Assembly: GCA_032117435.1 (NCBI GenBank) | Contig: JAULZJ010000092.1 | Coordinates: 1-45,184, forward strand | DNA: 45,184 nucleotides | Origin: Candidatus Nanopelagicales bacterium | GTDB taxonomy: Bacteria > Actinomycetota > Actinomycetes > S36-B12 | Reading direction: 5' to 3' | Shown: in pieces, positions 16,356-26,175 of the stretch | How the letters are laid out: each line of letters opens with the position of its first letter | How positions within the stretch are numbered: position 1 is the stretch's first letter | Made by a program: the position numbers and the translations under genes | Notes under the pieces: model-generated | Database searches by the model: none | What the model was told of the DNA's origin: nothing | The model's input: only the letters and a program-made list of their open reading frames with translations

Positions 16356-18781
16356 CGCGGCGGCCCGGCGACGTGGGCGACCGGACCGCTGAGGGGAGAG
16401 CCGGAGGCATCTCGCTTGTCGAGCGTGCTGGACAGGTCGAGGGGAGCGCCAGAAGCCGCTGAGGCGCGCACGGGTCCGGCGCCTGCCCAGCCCAGGATGA
16501 GGACGTCCTCGAAGCGCAGGAAGCGATGGATGCGCACCCCTCCCGTCCCGCGACCCTTGCGGGGTACGTCGGCCAGGGACGTGACCTTGGCCGTGAGCGC
16601 GGACGTCCCGGGGAGCGCCGATCGCGAGCCCGCCACGGTGACGATGACCGCGTCGGGATCATCGGCCGGGACTGCGCAGCACGCGATGAGCTCGGCTCCC
16701 GGTGCGAGTCGCATCCCGGCCATGCCGCCCGCCGCGCGACCCTGCGGGCGGACGGCATCGGCGGGGAATCGGAGGGCCTGGGCATCGGAGGTCATCAGGA
16801 CGATGTCGTCACCGGGTGACGTCTCCTGGGCCCCGACGACCTCGTCGTCATCGGCGAGGGGCATGAGATCCCAGTCGCGTCGGGTGGGCGGCCCCTGCAC
16901 GGCGACGCGCTTGACGATGCCCTGGCGCGTGGCGAGGACGATGACCGCGGGGGGCTCGCTGACTTCGGCCAGGCCCACCACGCGCTCGTCGGCCTCGAGG
17001 TCGAGCAGTGCCCCGAGCGGCGCTCCGCCCGCAAGCGCGGGGGCGTGCGCGGTCGGTGGCAGGATGGGCATCTCCACGACGGGCAGGCGGAGCGCCCGAC
17101 CTCGGTTGGTGACCACGGCCACCTCGCCACGCCCCGTGGCCACCGTGGCGCTCACGATGACATCGTGGGCTGCGCGTGGTCCCGAGTCGGCGATGTCGGC
17201 TGCGTTGGTGCGCGCGATGAGGCCCGTGCCGGACAGGAGTACGCGGCACGGCGAGTCCGAGATCTCCAATGATTGGGAAGTGGTCGCGCTTGCGGGCGTG
17301 CCCGCATCCTCGAGCAGGATCGTGCGCCGAGGCGTGGAGTGCTCCTCGGCTACGGCGAGCAACTCATCCGCGACGACTTCGCGCAACCGCGCCTCGTCGT
17401 CGATGATCGCCGTAAGGAACCCGATAGTGCGGCTGAGTTCATCGCGCTCGCTCTCCAGCTCGATCCGGGAGAACTTCGTCAAGCGGCGCAGGGGCATCTC
17501 GAGGATGTATGACGCCTGGTCGTGGGAGAGGTCGAAGACCGTCATGAGCCGCTCGCGAGCGGCCGCCGTGTCGTCGCTCGCGCGGATGAGCTGGATCACC
17601 TCGTCGATGTCCAGGATGGCGATGAGCAAGCCTTCGACGAGATGCAGGCGGTCCTCTGCGCGCGCACGACGATGCTCGCTGCGGCGACGGACTACCTCGC
17701 GGCGATGGTCGACGAAGACCTCGAGGAGCTCGCGCAGTCCCAGGGTCCTCGGCTCGCCCTCCACCAGAGCGACCGCATTGATGGTGAAGGGATCCTCGAG
17801 GGGAGTCATCCGGTAGAGCTGCTCCAGCATGGCCTCGGGATTAACTGAGGGGGCGAGTTCGATGACGAGGCGCAGCCCGTGCTCACCATCGGTGAGATCG
17901 AGCAGGTCGGAGATTCCCTGGAGCTTCTTCGCCTGCACCAGGTCCTTGATCCGCTCGATCACCCGCTCGGGGCCGACGCCCGGGGGCAGCTCGGTGACGA
18001 CGATGCCTCGGCGCCGGGGGCTGACCTGCTCGATCCGCGCAGTCGCGCGCACCCGGAAGGAGCCCCGGCCACTGGCGTAGGCCTCGCGCACACCGGCGAG
18101 TCCGAGGATGGTGCCGCCGCCGGGAAGGTCCGGCCCCGGGACGAAGCGAATGAGGTCCTCGAGCGTCGCATCGGGGTTGAGCACGAGGTGGCGGGCTGCG
18201 GCCACCACCTCGCCGAGGTTATGCGGTGCCATCGACGTGGCCATGCCGACCGCGATGCCGGCCGCTCCGTTGACGAGGAGGGCCGGGAATCCCGCGGGGA
18301 GCACCGTGGGCTCGAGCTCACGCCCGTCGTAATTGGGGACGAAGTCGACGACATCCTCGTCCAGGGATTCGGCCAGGGCGAGTGCCGAGGGTGCCAGCCT
18401 GCATTCGGTGTAGCGCATGGCGGCAGGGCCATCATCGGGGGAGCCGAAGTTGCCATGCCCGTCCACGAGGGGAAGCCGCAGTGTGAAGGGCTGGGCCAGG
18501 CGGACAAGGGCGTCGTAGATAGCCGAGTCCCCATGCGGATGCAGCCGGCCCATAACCTCGCCCACCACGCGGGCGCTCTTGACGTGGCCCCGATCAGGGC
18601 GAAGCCCCATCTGGTGCATCTGGAAGACGATGCGCCGCTGGACGGGCTTGAGGCCATCCCGCGCATCGGGAAGGGCGCGCGAGTAGATGACCGAGTAGGC
18701 GTACTCGAGGAAGGAGGAGCGCATCTCGGTGTCGACATCGACGTCGATGATGCGATCGACCGCTTCACCCTTGCGCGCCAC
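16352..18781 (-). CDS. parC: DNA topoisomerase IV subunit A (GyrA/ParC family)
   Basis: [33 protein letters not shown]...[10 protein letters not shown] (catalytic Tyr context), with a C-terminal beta-pinwheel. The GTG at 18781 is preceded by GGAGGAGGAGG and is preferred over the ORF-track start at 18853. Confidence 0.9.
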   Translation of the reverse strand: MARKGEAVDRIIDVDVDTEMRSSFLEYAYSVIYSRALPDARDGLKPVQRRIVFQMHQMGLRPDRGHVKSARVVGEVMGRLHPHGDSAIYDALVRLAQPFTLRLPLVDGHGNFGSPDDGPAAMRYTECRLAPSALALAESLDEDVVDFVPNYDGRELEPTVLPAGFPALLVNGAAGIAVGMATSMAPHNLGEVVAAARHLVLNPDATLEDLIRFVPGPDLPGGGTILGLAGVREAYASGRGSFRVRATARIEQVSPRRRGIVVTELPPGVGPERVIERIKDLVQAKKLQGISDLLDLTDGEHGLRLVIELAPSVNPEAMLEQLYRMTPLEDPFTINAVALVEGEPRTLGLRELLEVFVDHRREVVRRRSEHRRARAEDRLHLVEGLLIAILDIDEVIQLIRASDDTAAARERLMTVFDLSHDQASYILEMPLRRLTKFSRIELESERDELSRTIGFLTAIIDDEARLREVVADELLAVAEEHSTPRRTILLEDAGTPASATTSQSLEISDSPCRVLLSGTGLIARTNAADIADSGPRAAHDVIVSATVATGRGEVAVVTNRGRALRLPVVEMPILPPTAHAPALAGGAPLGALLDLEADERVVGLAEVSEPPAVIVLATRQGIVKRVAVQGPPTRRDWDLMPLADDDEVVGAQETSPGDDIVLMTSDAQALRFPADAVRPQGRAAGGMAGMRLAPGAELIACCAVPADDPDAVIVTVAGSRSALPGTSALTAKVTSLADVPRKGRGTGGVRIHRFLRFEDVLILGWAGAGPVRASAASGAPLDLSSTLDKRDASGSPLSGPVAHVAGPPR

Positions 18782-19205
18782 GCGACGACCTCCTCCTCCT
18801 CGACCTCCCGGCCCCGAGAGCCTACGGGCGCGCCCCGGTGGGGGAGGCGGCACACGCGGCGAGTCGTGTCGCGGATTCGAGTGGCCCCCTCAGATCCGGG
18901 CCACCGGTCTGCGCGGTGAGGAATCCCGTCGCGCACGCTTCGCCCGAGCCCGTGGTGTCGGTCGCCCGAGCAGGCTCGGCGGGCACCTCCCACACCTGCT
19001 CGCCGAATACGGCCCGCGCGCCCGCGCACCCGCGTGCTCGCGGGCCAGGCCGTGACTGGTGATCGGGGACTCCGGTGCCACCACCGGTCGCCCCTCGCGC
19101 GGGGCGGAAGCCACCTCGGTGGAGAGGGTGACGGCGACGCCCATGCGGGCACCGCAACGGGCGGGGAGTCGCTGCGTCGCGTGCCGGGGATGGGATGATG
19201 ACCCC

Positions 19206-19793
19206 ATGACGGACGCGGGCACCCTGCACCTGCGACTGCGCGGGGATATCGAGCGCAGTGGCTACTATCCGGCCCTTGTTGCCGATGCCCTCGAGACAGC
19301 GCTCGCGGGGGAGCCTCTGGTGTCGTATGTCGTCCATCACGAAGCAGCCTTCGATCGAGATGAGCTGCGTCGGCATGTCACGGTGCTCGTCCTCACCCCG
19401 ACGCGACTGATCGTGGGACACACCGACGAGCATGGCCCCGACGATACGTGTCCGCAGCCCTATGCATCGGCGTCAACCGAGGCAGTGCGCCTTGAGAGGG
19501 TCGACAGTGTGGTTGTCACCCGCGTGGTGGCCAACCCGGCTCGCCACCAATCCGGAGGCCCGATGCGCGAGGTCGTCCTCACGATCGGCTGGGGCGCAGT
19601 CGCCCGGATCGATCTCGAACCCGCGGGATGCGGTGACTCAGAGTGCGACGCGGACCATGGGTACACCGGCACCGCCAGCAACGACGATCTGTCCCTGCGC
19701 GTGTCCGAGGCGGCGGATGGAAGTGAGGTGGTCACTCAGACCCTCGCTTTCGCCTCAGCGCTGTCGGAAGCGACTGCGGCACGCCTGCGGTGA
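19206..19793 (+). CDS. conserved actinobacterial protein (DUF5998-like)
   Basis: ATG 19206 (MTDAGTLHLRLRGDIERSGYYPALVADALE...). Its stop overlaps the following alkaline-phosphatase-family gene, a pairing I recall from other Actinobacteria. Family assignment is from memory only. Confidence 0.7.
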   Translation: MTDAGTLHLRLRGDIERSGYYPALVADALETALAGEPLVSYVVHHEAAFDRDELRRHVTVLVLTPTRLIVGHTDEHGPDDTCPQPYASASTEAVRLERVDSVVVTRVVANPARHQSGGPMREVVLTIGWGAVARIDLEPAGCGDSECDADHGYTGTASNDDLSLRVSEAADGSEVVTQTLAFASALSEATAARLR

Positions 19794-20911
19794 TCTCCGC
19801 GCTCACGGTCCCGCCCTACGGCACCGGCACCCTGGCCGATGTCCTGCCCGCCGCGGCGAGCTTGCTGAAGGTGGCGGGTTTCGAGGGCGCGATTCTCCCC
19901 GATCCGGATGCTGATCCAGCAGCGGTGACCGTCCTGCTCATCGACGGACTCGGGTGGTGGCCATGGCAAGCCCACGCGGAGTTGACCCCCACCCTGGCGG
20001 CGCTGTCCGCGAGACGCTTGAGCTCCACGATCCCGTCGACGACGCCCACGGCCTTGGCAAGCCTGGGAACGGGTCTGCCGCCGGGTGCCCACGGCATCGT
20101 CGGCGCTGCCTTCCGGCTCCCGGAGGACGACCGGATCCTGCATCCCCTCTCCTGGGCCACAGACCCGCATCCGATCGCGGTGCAGCCCGAGCGGACGGTC
20201 TTCGAGCGGGTGGCCACAGCGGGCCTGCCGGTGGTGAGCATCGGCGCGTCGGCCTATGGCACGAGCGGACTGACGCGCGCCGTCCTGCGCGGTGGCGACT
20301 ACATCGGGATCGACGACCCCGGGGATATGGTGGCGGTCCTGTCGCGGCACCGCCGGGGGTTGGCCTACGCGTATCTGCCGGATCTCGATCGACTGGGCCA
20401 CGTCCACGGCACCGACTCTGCGGAGTGGCGCACCTGTCTCCGGGACGTGGACGACATGGTTGCCCGGATCCTCGATCAGATCGGCGACGATCACCAATTG
20501 ATCGTGACGGCAGACCACGGCATGGTTGATTGCCCATCGAGTGGGCGAGTCGAGATGGAGGACCTGCCGATGTCCGACGACATCGTGGCCATCGCCGGAG
20601 AGCCGCGATTGCGGTACGCCTATTGTCGCAGCGGCAGCGCGACGCGTGTCTTGGATGCTTGGCGTGACGTGCTGGCCGAGGTGGCCTGGGTGCTCAGCCG
20701 CGAGGAGGTCGTGGCGAGCGGCCTGATGGGGGAGATGGAGCCCGACTACGCCGAGCGCCTGGGGGATGTGGTCGTCATAGCTCGCGGCAACACCGTCCTC
20801 GCGAGTTCTGTCGATCCCATCGTGTCCGGACTCATCGGGCAGCATGGCGCGGTGACGGATGCCGAGATGGACATTCCCCTACTCCAAGGTGGCGGCCACG
20901 GTCATGGCTGA
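19790..20911 (+). CDS. alkaline phosphatase / nucleotide pyrophosphatase-phosphodiesterase family protein
   Basis: 373 aa with LLIDGLGW, IPSTTPTALASLGTG (nucleophile Thr context), DLDRLGHVHG and VTADHGM. Confidence 0.8.
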   Translation: MISALTVPPYGTGTLADVLPAAASLLKVAGFEGAILPDPDADPAAVTVLLIDGLGWWPWQAHAELTPTLAALSARRLSSTIPSTTPTALASLGTGLPPGAHGIVGAAFRLPEDDRILHPLSWATDPHPIAVQPERTVFERVATAGLPVVSIGASAYGTSGLTRAVLRGGDYIGIDDPGDMVAVLSRHRRGLAYAYLPDLDRLGHVHGTDSAEWRTCLRDVDDMVARILDQIGDDHQLIVTADHGMVDCPSSGRVEMEDLPMSDDIVAIAGEPRLRYAYCRSGSATRVLDAWRDVLAEVAWVLSREEVVASGLMGEMEPDYAERLGDVVVIARGNTVLASSVDPIVSGLIGQHGAVTDAEMDIPLLQGGGHGHG

Positions 20912-21554
20912 ACTGGTCTTCTTCTCCGGCACCATGGACTGCGGCAAGTCCACGCTGGCACTCCAGACCGATCACAATCATTCCTCGCGGGGGCGCGCAG
21001 GCCTGGTCTTCACGCAGATGGACCGTGCCGGCTCATCCGTGCTCTCCAGTCGACTGGGTCTGCGAGTGGACGCGATCGAAGTGGTGCCAGGGCTAGACCT
21101 GAGTCGTGTCGTCGTCGAGCACCTCTCGAGCGGCGGACGGCTGGACTACCTGATCTGCGACGAAGCGCAGTTCTACGCGCCGGAGCAGATCGAGCAGTTG
21201 GCCGATGTGGTGGACGAGCTCGGCATCGATGTCTACGCCTTTGGCATCACCACGGACTTCCGGACGAGGCTGTTCCCGGGATCCGCGCGGCTCATCGAGT
21301 TGGCTGATCGGGTCGAGGTGCTCCAGGTGGCCGCCCTCTGCTGGTGCGGGCGACGGGGCACCCACCAGGCACGCACTGTCGACGGCACCATCGTCCGCGA
21401 TGGCGACCAGATCGTGGCCGGCGATGTCCATGGCGGGGGACCCGACCAGGTGGCCTACGAGGTGCTTTGCCGGGATCATCACCGACGGGGACTGACCGCA
21501 GTGCAGGCCGAACGGGAGCATCTCTCACGGGACCCACTTCCCTTCGGCGAGTAG
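20904..21554 (+). CDS. tdk: thymidine kinase
   Basis: ATG 20904 gives MAELVFFSGTMDCGKSTLALQ (P-loop), CDEAQF and a C-terminal Cys cluster (CWCG...C). It overlaps the upstream stop by 8 nt. Confidence 0.9.
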   Translation: MAELVFFSGTMDCGKSTLALQTDHNHSSRGRAGLVFTQMDRAGSSVLSSRLGLRVDAIEVVPGLDLSRVVVEHLSSGGRLDYLICDEAQFYAPEQIEQLADVVDELGIDVYAFGITTDFRTRLFPGSARLIELADRVEVLQVAALCWCGRRGTHQARTVDGTIVRDGDQIVAGDVHGGGPDQVAYEVLCRDHHRRGLTAVQAEREHLSRDPLPFGE

Positions 21555-21558
21555 CCCG

Positions 21559-22179
21559 TCAGGACTCGGACTGGCCGGCGCCGAAGAGGATCTCGTCCCA
21601 GCGCGGCACGCTCGCTCGCCGGGACTTGCGTGACTTGGATCGCGTGGGTGCCGGAGCCTCGTCGATGACCTCAGCCAACGATGCATCCTCGTCATCCGAC
21701 GCGGGTGCTGGCGCGGGCGTGACCTCTGCCGTGGGTGCGACTGGCTCCTCGCGAGGGAGAGCGACGGTGGTGGAGCGAAGTGGCACGACGACGTCCTCGG
21801 AAGCAAGCCGGTGCGATGAGGCGTCGTCGGGCTGCAGGGACCGTGAGCGCGCGTCGTACACCCACGTGGACAGGGGCGCTGCATCGCCCACCGCGGCAAC
21901 GACGGTCCAGCGCCCGTCGGAACGTCGCCAGGAGTCCCAGACGAGGTCCTCGCGCGCGCCGGAGTCTAGATGACGCACGACGAGAGTTTCGAGGTCGTCG
22001 TTGCCGGGGCGCACCACGCAGTTGCGCGCCTGCTGGCTGACGAACGCGCGCTCGGCCAAGGGTGGCCCGCTGAATCGCTCGATGGCCGCTGCGTCCATGC
22101 CCGACTCCTCCGCCAGCTCGGCGACCGTGGCGCCGGAGCGGAGCCGGGATTGGATCTCCCGGGGGCTCAGCGTGTCCAG
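21559..22179 (-). CDS. sepH: SepH-like (DUF3071) septation protein, unusually short; putative CTG start (canonical ATG alternative at 22098)
   Basis: Conserved LSPREIQSRLRSGATVAELAEESGMDAAAIERFSGPPLAERAF...WDSWRRSDGRWTV...RRASVPRWDEILFG. The conserved HTH residues lie upstream of the first ATG. An in-frame TAA lies at 22224-22222. AAGGAGG lies 5 nt before the CTG at 22179. Confidence 0.6.
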   Translation of the reverse strand: MDTLSPREIQSRLRSGATVAELAEESGMDAAAIERFSGPPLAERAFVSQQARNCVVRPGNDDLETLVVRHLDSGAREDLVWDSWRRSDGRWTVVAAVGDAAPLSTWVYDARSRSLQPDDASSHRLASEDVVVPLRSTTVALPREEPVAPTAEVTPAPAPASDDEDASLAEVIDEAPAPTRSKSRKSRRASVPRWDEILFGAGQSES

Positions 22180-22232
22180 TGGGGCCTCCTTGACCGGATG
22201 GGCATTCGTCGAGGTCAGACGTTATCCGACGA

Positions 22233-23447
22233 TCAGGGGCGGCGGGCGCTTACCCCGCGCCGCACGCGGGCATGTCCGGCCGCGGCGACGACGGCGACGA
22301 CGACCGCTGAGGCGATCGTCACGCCGAAACCGGCCTGGGGACCGGCCTGATCGACGAGCCAGCCGGTGCCCGCGGCAGATAGGGCCACCCCGAGCCCAAT
22401 CGCCGAAATCGCCCAGGACAGGCCCTCCGTGATCTCCCGTGGGTCCACGAGGACCTCCACAAGGGAGAAGCATGTGATGAGGACCGGGGACACGGCCAGG
22501 CCGGCGAGGAGGGCCAGGAAGCCCAAGGCCACCAGGGTGGGTCCAAGGAGCAGGGGCACGGTGACCACGACGAGCGCAGCGGATGCGAGGAGCAGCACCC
22601 GAGGGAGATGCACGTCGCTGGACGCCGATGATCGCGCTCCGATGACCAGTGCTGACGCCATGGAGCCCGCGGCGTATGCCGCGAGGACGATCCCTGCGGC
22701 GAGGCGTTGGCCCGCTTCATCGGCCAGTGCCACGGTGGCGACATCGATAGAGCCGAAGACCCCCCCGATGGCGAGGAGCACGATGAGAACCGAGACGACC
22801 CCGGCTCGGCGTAGGGGATGTCCTCGGCGCCTGCGTCGCTCGGTGCGCGTCGGTGGCTCCGTTGAGCGCTGGAGCAGGAGCAGCGATGAGCCGAGGGCTA
22901 CCAGCGCGGCTGAGACGACCACCGGCGCCGGGGCCGAGACGGCGACGGCGAGAAATGTCGCGAGGGGCGGCCCGACGATGAAGATCAACTCGTCGAGTAC
23001 GCCTTCGAAGGCGAAGGCTGTCCTTAATCGCGTATCGCCACCCAGTAGATGGGCCCATCGTGCCCGGACGAGTGCCCCCGTAGCGGGTTGCGTGGCCCCC
23101 GAAACGATCGCGATGAGTGCCAGGAGGACCGCAGGAGCGCCGGTGACGGTGGCGCTGGCAAGAGCGATCAGGCCGAGCGCATGCACGGTGACCAGGGCGC
23201 GGACCACTCGGCTCTGCCCCCAGCGATCGACGGCACGTGAACCGAGCGGACTGAGCAGGGCGCTGCTCACGGTGTACGCCGCTGCGATGATCCCGGCGAG
23301 TGCGTAGGAACCACGCTCCGCGCTCACCATCAAGACGATGCCGAGCCCGACCATCGAGATGGGCACCCGGGCCAGGAAGGCGGCAGCCGTGAAGCGAACC
23401 GCTCCCGGATGGCGCAGGATCTCCTGATACGGCCCGGCGATACCCAC
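22233..23447 (-). CDS. MFS transporter
   Basis: 404 aa, highly hydrophobic with about 12 predicted TM stretches, and the MFS loop motif SPLGSRAVDRWGQSR. Confidence 0.85.
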   Translation of the reverse strand: MGIAGPYQEILRHPGAVRFTAAAFLARVPISMVGLGIVLMVSAERGSYALAGIIAAAYTVSSALLSPLGSRAVDRWGQSRVVRALVTVHALGLIALASATVTGAPAVLLALIAIVSGATQPATGALVRARWAHLLGGDTRLRTAFAFEGVLDELIFIVGPPLATFLAVAVSAPAPVVVSAALVALGSSLLLLQRSTEPPTRTERRRRRGHPLRRAGVVSVLIVLLAIGGVFGSIDVATVALADEAGQRLAAGIVLAAYAAGSMASALVIGARSSASSDVHLPRVLLLASAALVVVTVPLLLGPTLVALGFLALLAGLAVSPVLITCFSLVEVLVDPREITEGLSWAISAIGLGVALSAAGTGWLVDQAGPQAGFGVTIASAVVVAVVAAAGHARVRRGVSARRP

Positions 23448-23475
23448 GTCATGAGGCTAGTGGCACGCTGGCGAC

Positions 23476-24285
23476 ATGTCCGCACTCGATACCCCTGCCA
23501 CATCAGAGCTCATCGAGGAGCTCCTCCTCCTCGCTGATCGCGCGTCGGCCAGCGCCGGGGCACTTCTCCGTGATGAACGCCCCGAGGTGCTTCAGGTGTC
23601 GGCCAAGTCCAGTCCCACGGACGTCGTGACCCAGATGGATCGCGCCGCGGAGGAACTCCTCAGTCATCTGATACTGGCGAAGCGCCCTGACGACGGGATC
23701 CTCGGCGAGGAGGGTGGAGAGCGGCGCGGTTCCTCCGGGGTGAGGTGGATCGTGGATCCCCTCGATGGCACGACGAACTACCTGTATGGAGTCCCGCTGT
23801 GGTCGGTGAGCGTGGCGGCCGAGGTCGAGGGTGACGTCGTCGCGGGAGTCGTGTGCGCCCCGGCGCTCGGTGTCACCTACCTCGCGACACGGGGTGGAGG
23901 CGCCCACGAGCGCTCGGAGAGCGGGATACGTGCCCTCGCCGCGTCCTCGATCACAGACCTGGCCCTGGCCCTTCTCTCAACGGGTTTCGGCTACAGCAGC
24001 GAGCAGCGCAGGCGCCAGGCGCAGGCGTTGGTGGAGGTCGCGCCACGGGTCCGCGACGTGCGGCGACTCGGATCCGCAGCGATCGACCTGTGCTGGGTGG
24101 GTGCGGGCCTCACCGACGCCTATGTCGAGTCGCGCCTGAACCCCTGGGATGTGGCTGCTGGCGCCTTGATCGCGCGCGAGGCTGGCGCTGTCGTCATCGG
24201 GGACGATGACCCGATTGAGGCACCCTTTGTCCTTGCCAGTGCGCCGGGCATCGCCGTGGCACTGGGCGAACTTCTTGGGGGTTGA
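23476..24285 (+). CDS. inositol monophosphatase family protein (SuhB/ImpA/HisN-like)
   Basis: GEEGG, WIVDPLDGTTNYLYG and the WDVAAG motifs. Confidence 0.9.
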   Translation: MSALDTPATSELIEELLLLADRASASAGALLRDERPEVLQVSAKSSPTDVVTQMDRAAEELLSHLILAKRPDDGILGEEGGERRGSSGVRWIVDPLDGTTNYLYGVPLWSVSVAAEVEGDVVAGVVCAPALGVTYLATRGGGAHERSESGIRALAASSITDLALALLSTGFGYSSEQRRRQAQALVEVAPRVRDVRRLGSAAIDLCWVGAGLTDAYVESRLNPWDVAAGALIAREAGAVVIGDDDPIEAPFVLASAPGIAVALGELLGG

Positions 24286-24293
24286 TGCGACTC

Positions 24294-24821
24294 TCAGCCG
24301 TCTAGGCGCCTGAGGGCGGCCGCGTACCAATGCGCGTTGTGGACGTAGGTACGGACCGCGTGGTCGATGAGTTCCGGATCTGCGCCGCCCTCGACGATGC
24401 GGGCGGGGACGCCGCGGGCCAGGGCGCCCGCGGGGATCGAGGTCCCCGGGGGGACGAGGGCCTGGGCGGCCACAAGGGCCCCCTTGCCCACCACCGCTCG
24501 GTGCAAGACGGTGGCCCCTGATCCGACGAGGGCGCCGTCCTCCACGGTGCAGCCCTCCAGGTGCGCCAGGTGGCCCACGGTGCAGTCCGCCCCGATGCGC
24601 GTGTCGAGCTCGGCCGTGCAGTGGATAACCGAGCCATCCTGAATGGACGTACGTCGCCCGATCGAGATTCGTCCGTGGTCGCCTCGGAGGACCGCACCCG
24701 GCCATACCGTCGCTTCAGCGCCGATGCTGACCTGGCCGATGACGACGGCATCCGGGTGGACGAAGGCCTCGGGGGAGATTTCGGGCACGGAATCGCCCAG
24801 GGCGTAGATCGGCATGGTCAT
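24294..24821 (-). CDS. gamma-carbonic-anhydrase-like hexapeptide-repeat protein
   Basis: 175 aa with left-handed beta-helix repeats (VIGQVSIGAEATVWPGAVLRGDHGRISIGRRTSIQDGSVIH), YrdA/PaaY-like. Confidence 0.85.
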   Translation of the reverse strand: MTMPIYALGDSVPEISPEAFVHPDAVVIGQVSIGAEATVWPGAVLRGDHGRISIGRRTSIQDGSVIHCTAELDTRIGADCTVGHLAHLEGCTVEDGALVGSGATVLHRAVVGKGALVAAQALVPPGTSIPAGALARGVPARIVEGGADPELIDHAVRTYVHNAHWYAAALRRLDG

Positions 24822-25008
24822 CCCCTCGCCAGGCAGTGATTGAGCATTGACCTTGCCATGACCTTAAGTCCGATGGGGCCGTGGCGTCGGAATAGGCGTG
24901 TCCAGGGGCGCGTTGTGCGCGGTCGTAGTGCCTAGGGCAGAATCCTGGGCAACCTGGCACAATGCCGGGCACATCATCCACCTCGATTTGTTGGGGGCAC
25001 GCGCCGCA

Positions 25009-25305
25009 ATGGCTACCGACTACGACGCACCGCGCAAGACGGACGAGGAGCTCGCCGAGGACAGCCTCGAGGAGCTCAAGGCCCGTCGGGTGGACAAGGC
25101 TGCGTCGACCGTGGACGTCGATGAGGCAGAGCTGGCGGAGACCCTCGAGCTGCCTGGGGCGGACCTCTCGGATGAGAGCCTCACGGTCCGGGTGCTGCCC
25201 CGCCAAGCGGATGAGTTCACCTGCAGCTCGTGCTTCCTCGTGCATCACCGCAGCCAGTTGGACCATGAGGGGAAGAAGGGTCCGGTGTGCACCGACTGCG
25301 CGTGA
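25009..25305 (+). CDS. DUF4193-family protein
   Basis: MATDYDAPRKTDEELAEDSLEELKARR...FTCSSCFLVHHRSQL...CTDCA, an acidic N-terminus plus a C-terminal 4-Cys motif. ATG at 25009. Confidence 0.8.
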   Translation: MATDYDAPRKTDEELAEDSLEELKARRVDKAASTVDVDEAELAETLELPGADLSDESLTVRVLPRQADEFTCSSCFLVHHRSQLDHEGKKGPVCTDCA

Positions 25306-25317
25306 GCGCAGTCGTAG

Positions 25318-25590
25318 CTAGTCGTCGTCGAGTGATGACACGGCGCGGTAGATCACCATCTGCACGACCGCGGCTGTGGTCGCGGTGGCAATCGTCCATG
25401 CCAGTGCGCGTCCGAAGCTGACGCGGCGGTCATCCGGGTTCGGTGGTTCCTTGCCGGTGAGGGTTGAGTAGCCCAGGTTGAGGGTCTTCCTGGTGGCCCA
25501 GGACGCCGCGATGACGATAAGCGGCGCCGCGACCTTGAGCATGGGATGTGGGGTGTGCTGGTGCCCTGGGGCTGTCTCCGACATGGCCAC
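25318..25590 (-). CDS. small membrane protein (DUF4235-like)
   Basis: 90 aa with two hydrophobic helices. Conserved position next to DUF4193/DUF3093. Family assignment is from memory. Confidence 0.65.
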   Translation of the reverse strand: MAMSETAPGHQHTPHPMLKVAAPLIVIAASWATRKTLNLGYSTLTGKEPPNPDDRRVSFGRALAWTIATATTAAVVQMVIYRAVSSLDDD

Positions 25591-25626
25591 AGGCTACTCA
25601 GGGCCTGGTGAGCGTCCCTCGCCCGC

Positions 25627-26127
25627 TCAGGTGCAGCCCCGATGGTGGCACGCGGCCCTGATCGCCTGTGCGAGCTGCTCGGGGTGACGGCTGCTGATGA
25701 GCCACCGCGGGTGAGGATCGCGAGGGTCCGCGACCGCGACGGCAACACCGCGACGGGAGGACCAGGCGCGGAGCACGAGATAGTCCCGGGGATCCCCGTG
25801 GCGTCGTGCATCTCGCATGGCGGACGCGTCGAGGGGTTCGGCATCGCCGATGGCGGTGAGGGGCAGGCGTGCACGACCCGCGCGCAGGACGCAGTCGTCG
25901 ACGCGCACGCGGGTGCTCGTGGCCGCGAGGAGCCCCAGGCCCAGGGCTCCTAACGCGATGCCGGCTGCCCAGCCCAGTGGAGGGCCGTAGGCGGCTCCGT
26001 AGGCCACGCCGACAAGTCCCGCGAAGGCCACCATGAGCAGGACGACGACGACTGGCGGATGGAGACGCTCGCGGTAGGTCGACTTCGAGCCGTCGCGCCC
26101 TTCTGTCCACGGGTCCTGTGTTGCCAT
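25627..26127 (-). CDS. DUF3093-like membrane protein
   Basis: 166 aa with two N-terminal TM helices. Conserved neighbour of dut in Actinobacteria. Confidence 0.65.
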   Translation of the reverse strand: MATQDPWTEGRDGSKSTYRERLHPPVVVVLLMVAFAGLVGVAYGAAYGPPLGWAAGIALGALGLGLLAATSTRVRVDDCVLRAGRARLPLTAIGDAEPLDASAMRDARRHGDPRDYLVLRAWSSRRGVAVAVADPRDPHPRWLISSRHPEQLAQAIRAACHHRGCT

Positions 26128-26175
26128 GGGCCCAGGGTGTCAGGCGGGGGATTCCCGCGCGGATAGGGTCGGCGC

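Noticed and set aside
24822-25008. Possible small RNA (for example a 6C-type RNA) or riboswitch in the spacer upstream of the DUF4193 gene.
   Set aside because: Neither strand shows paired C-rich loops or any recognisable riboswitch core. It is most simply a divergent promoter region.
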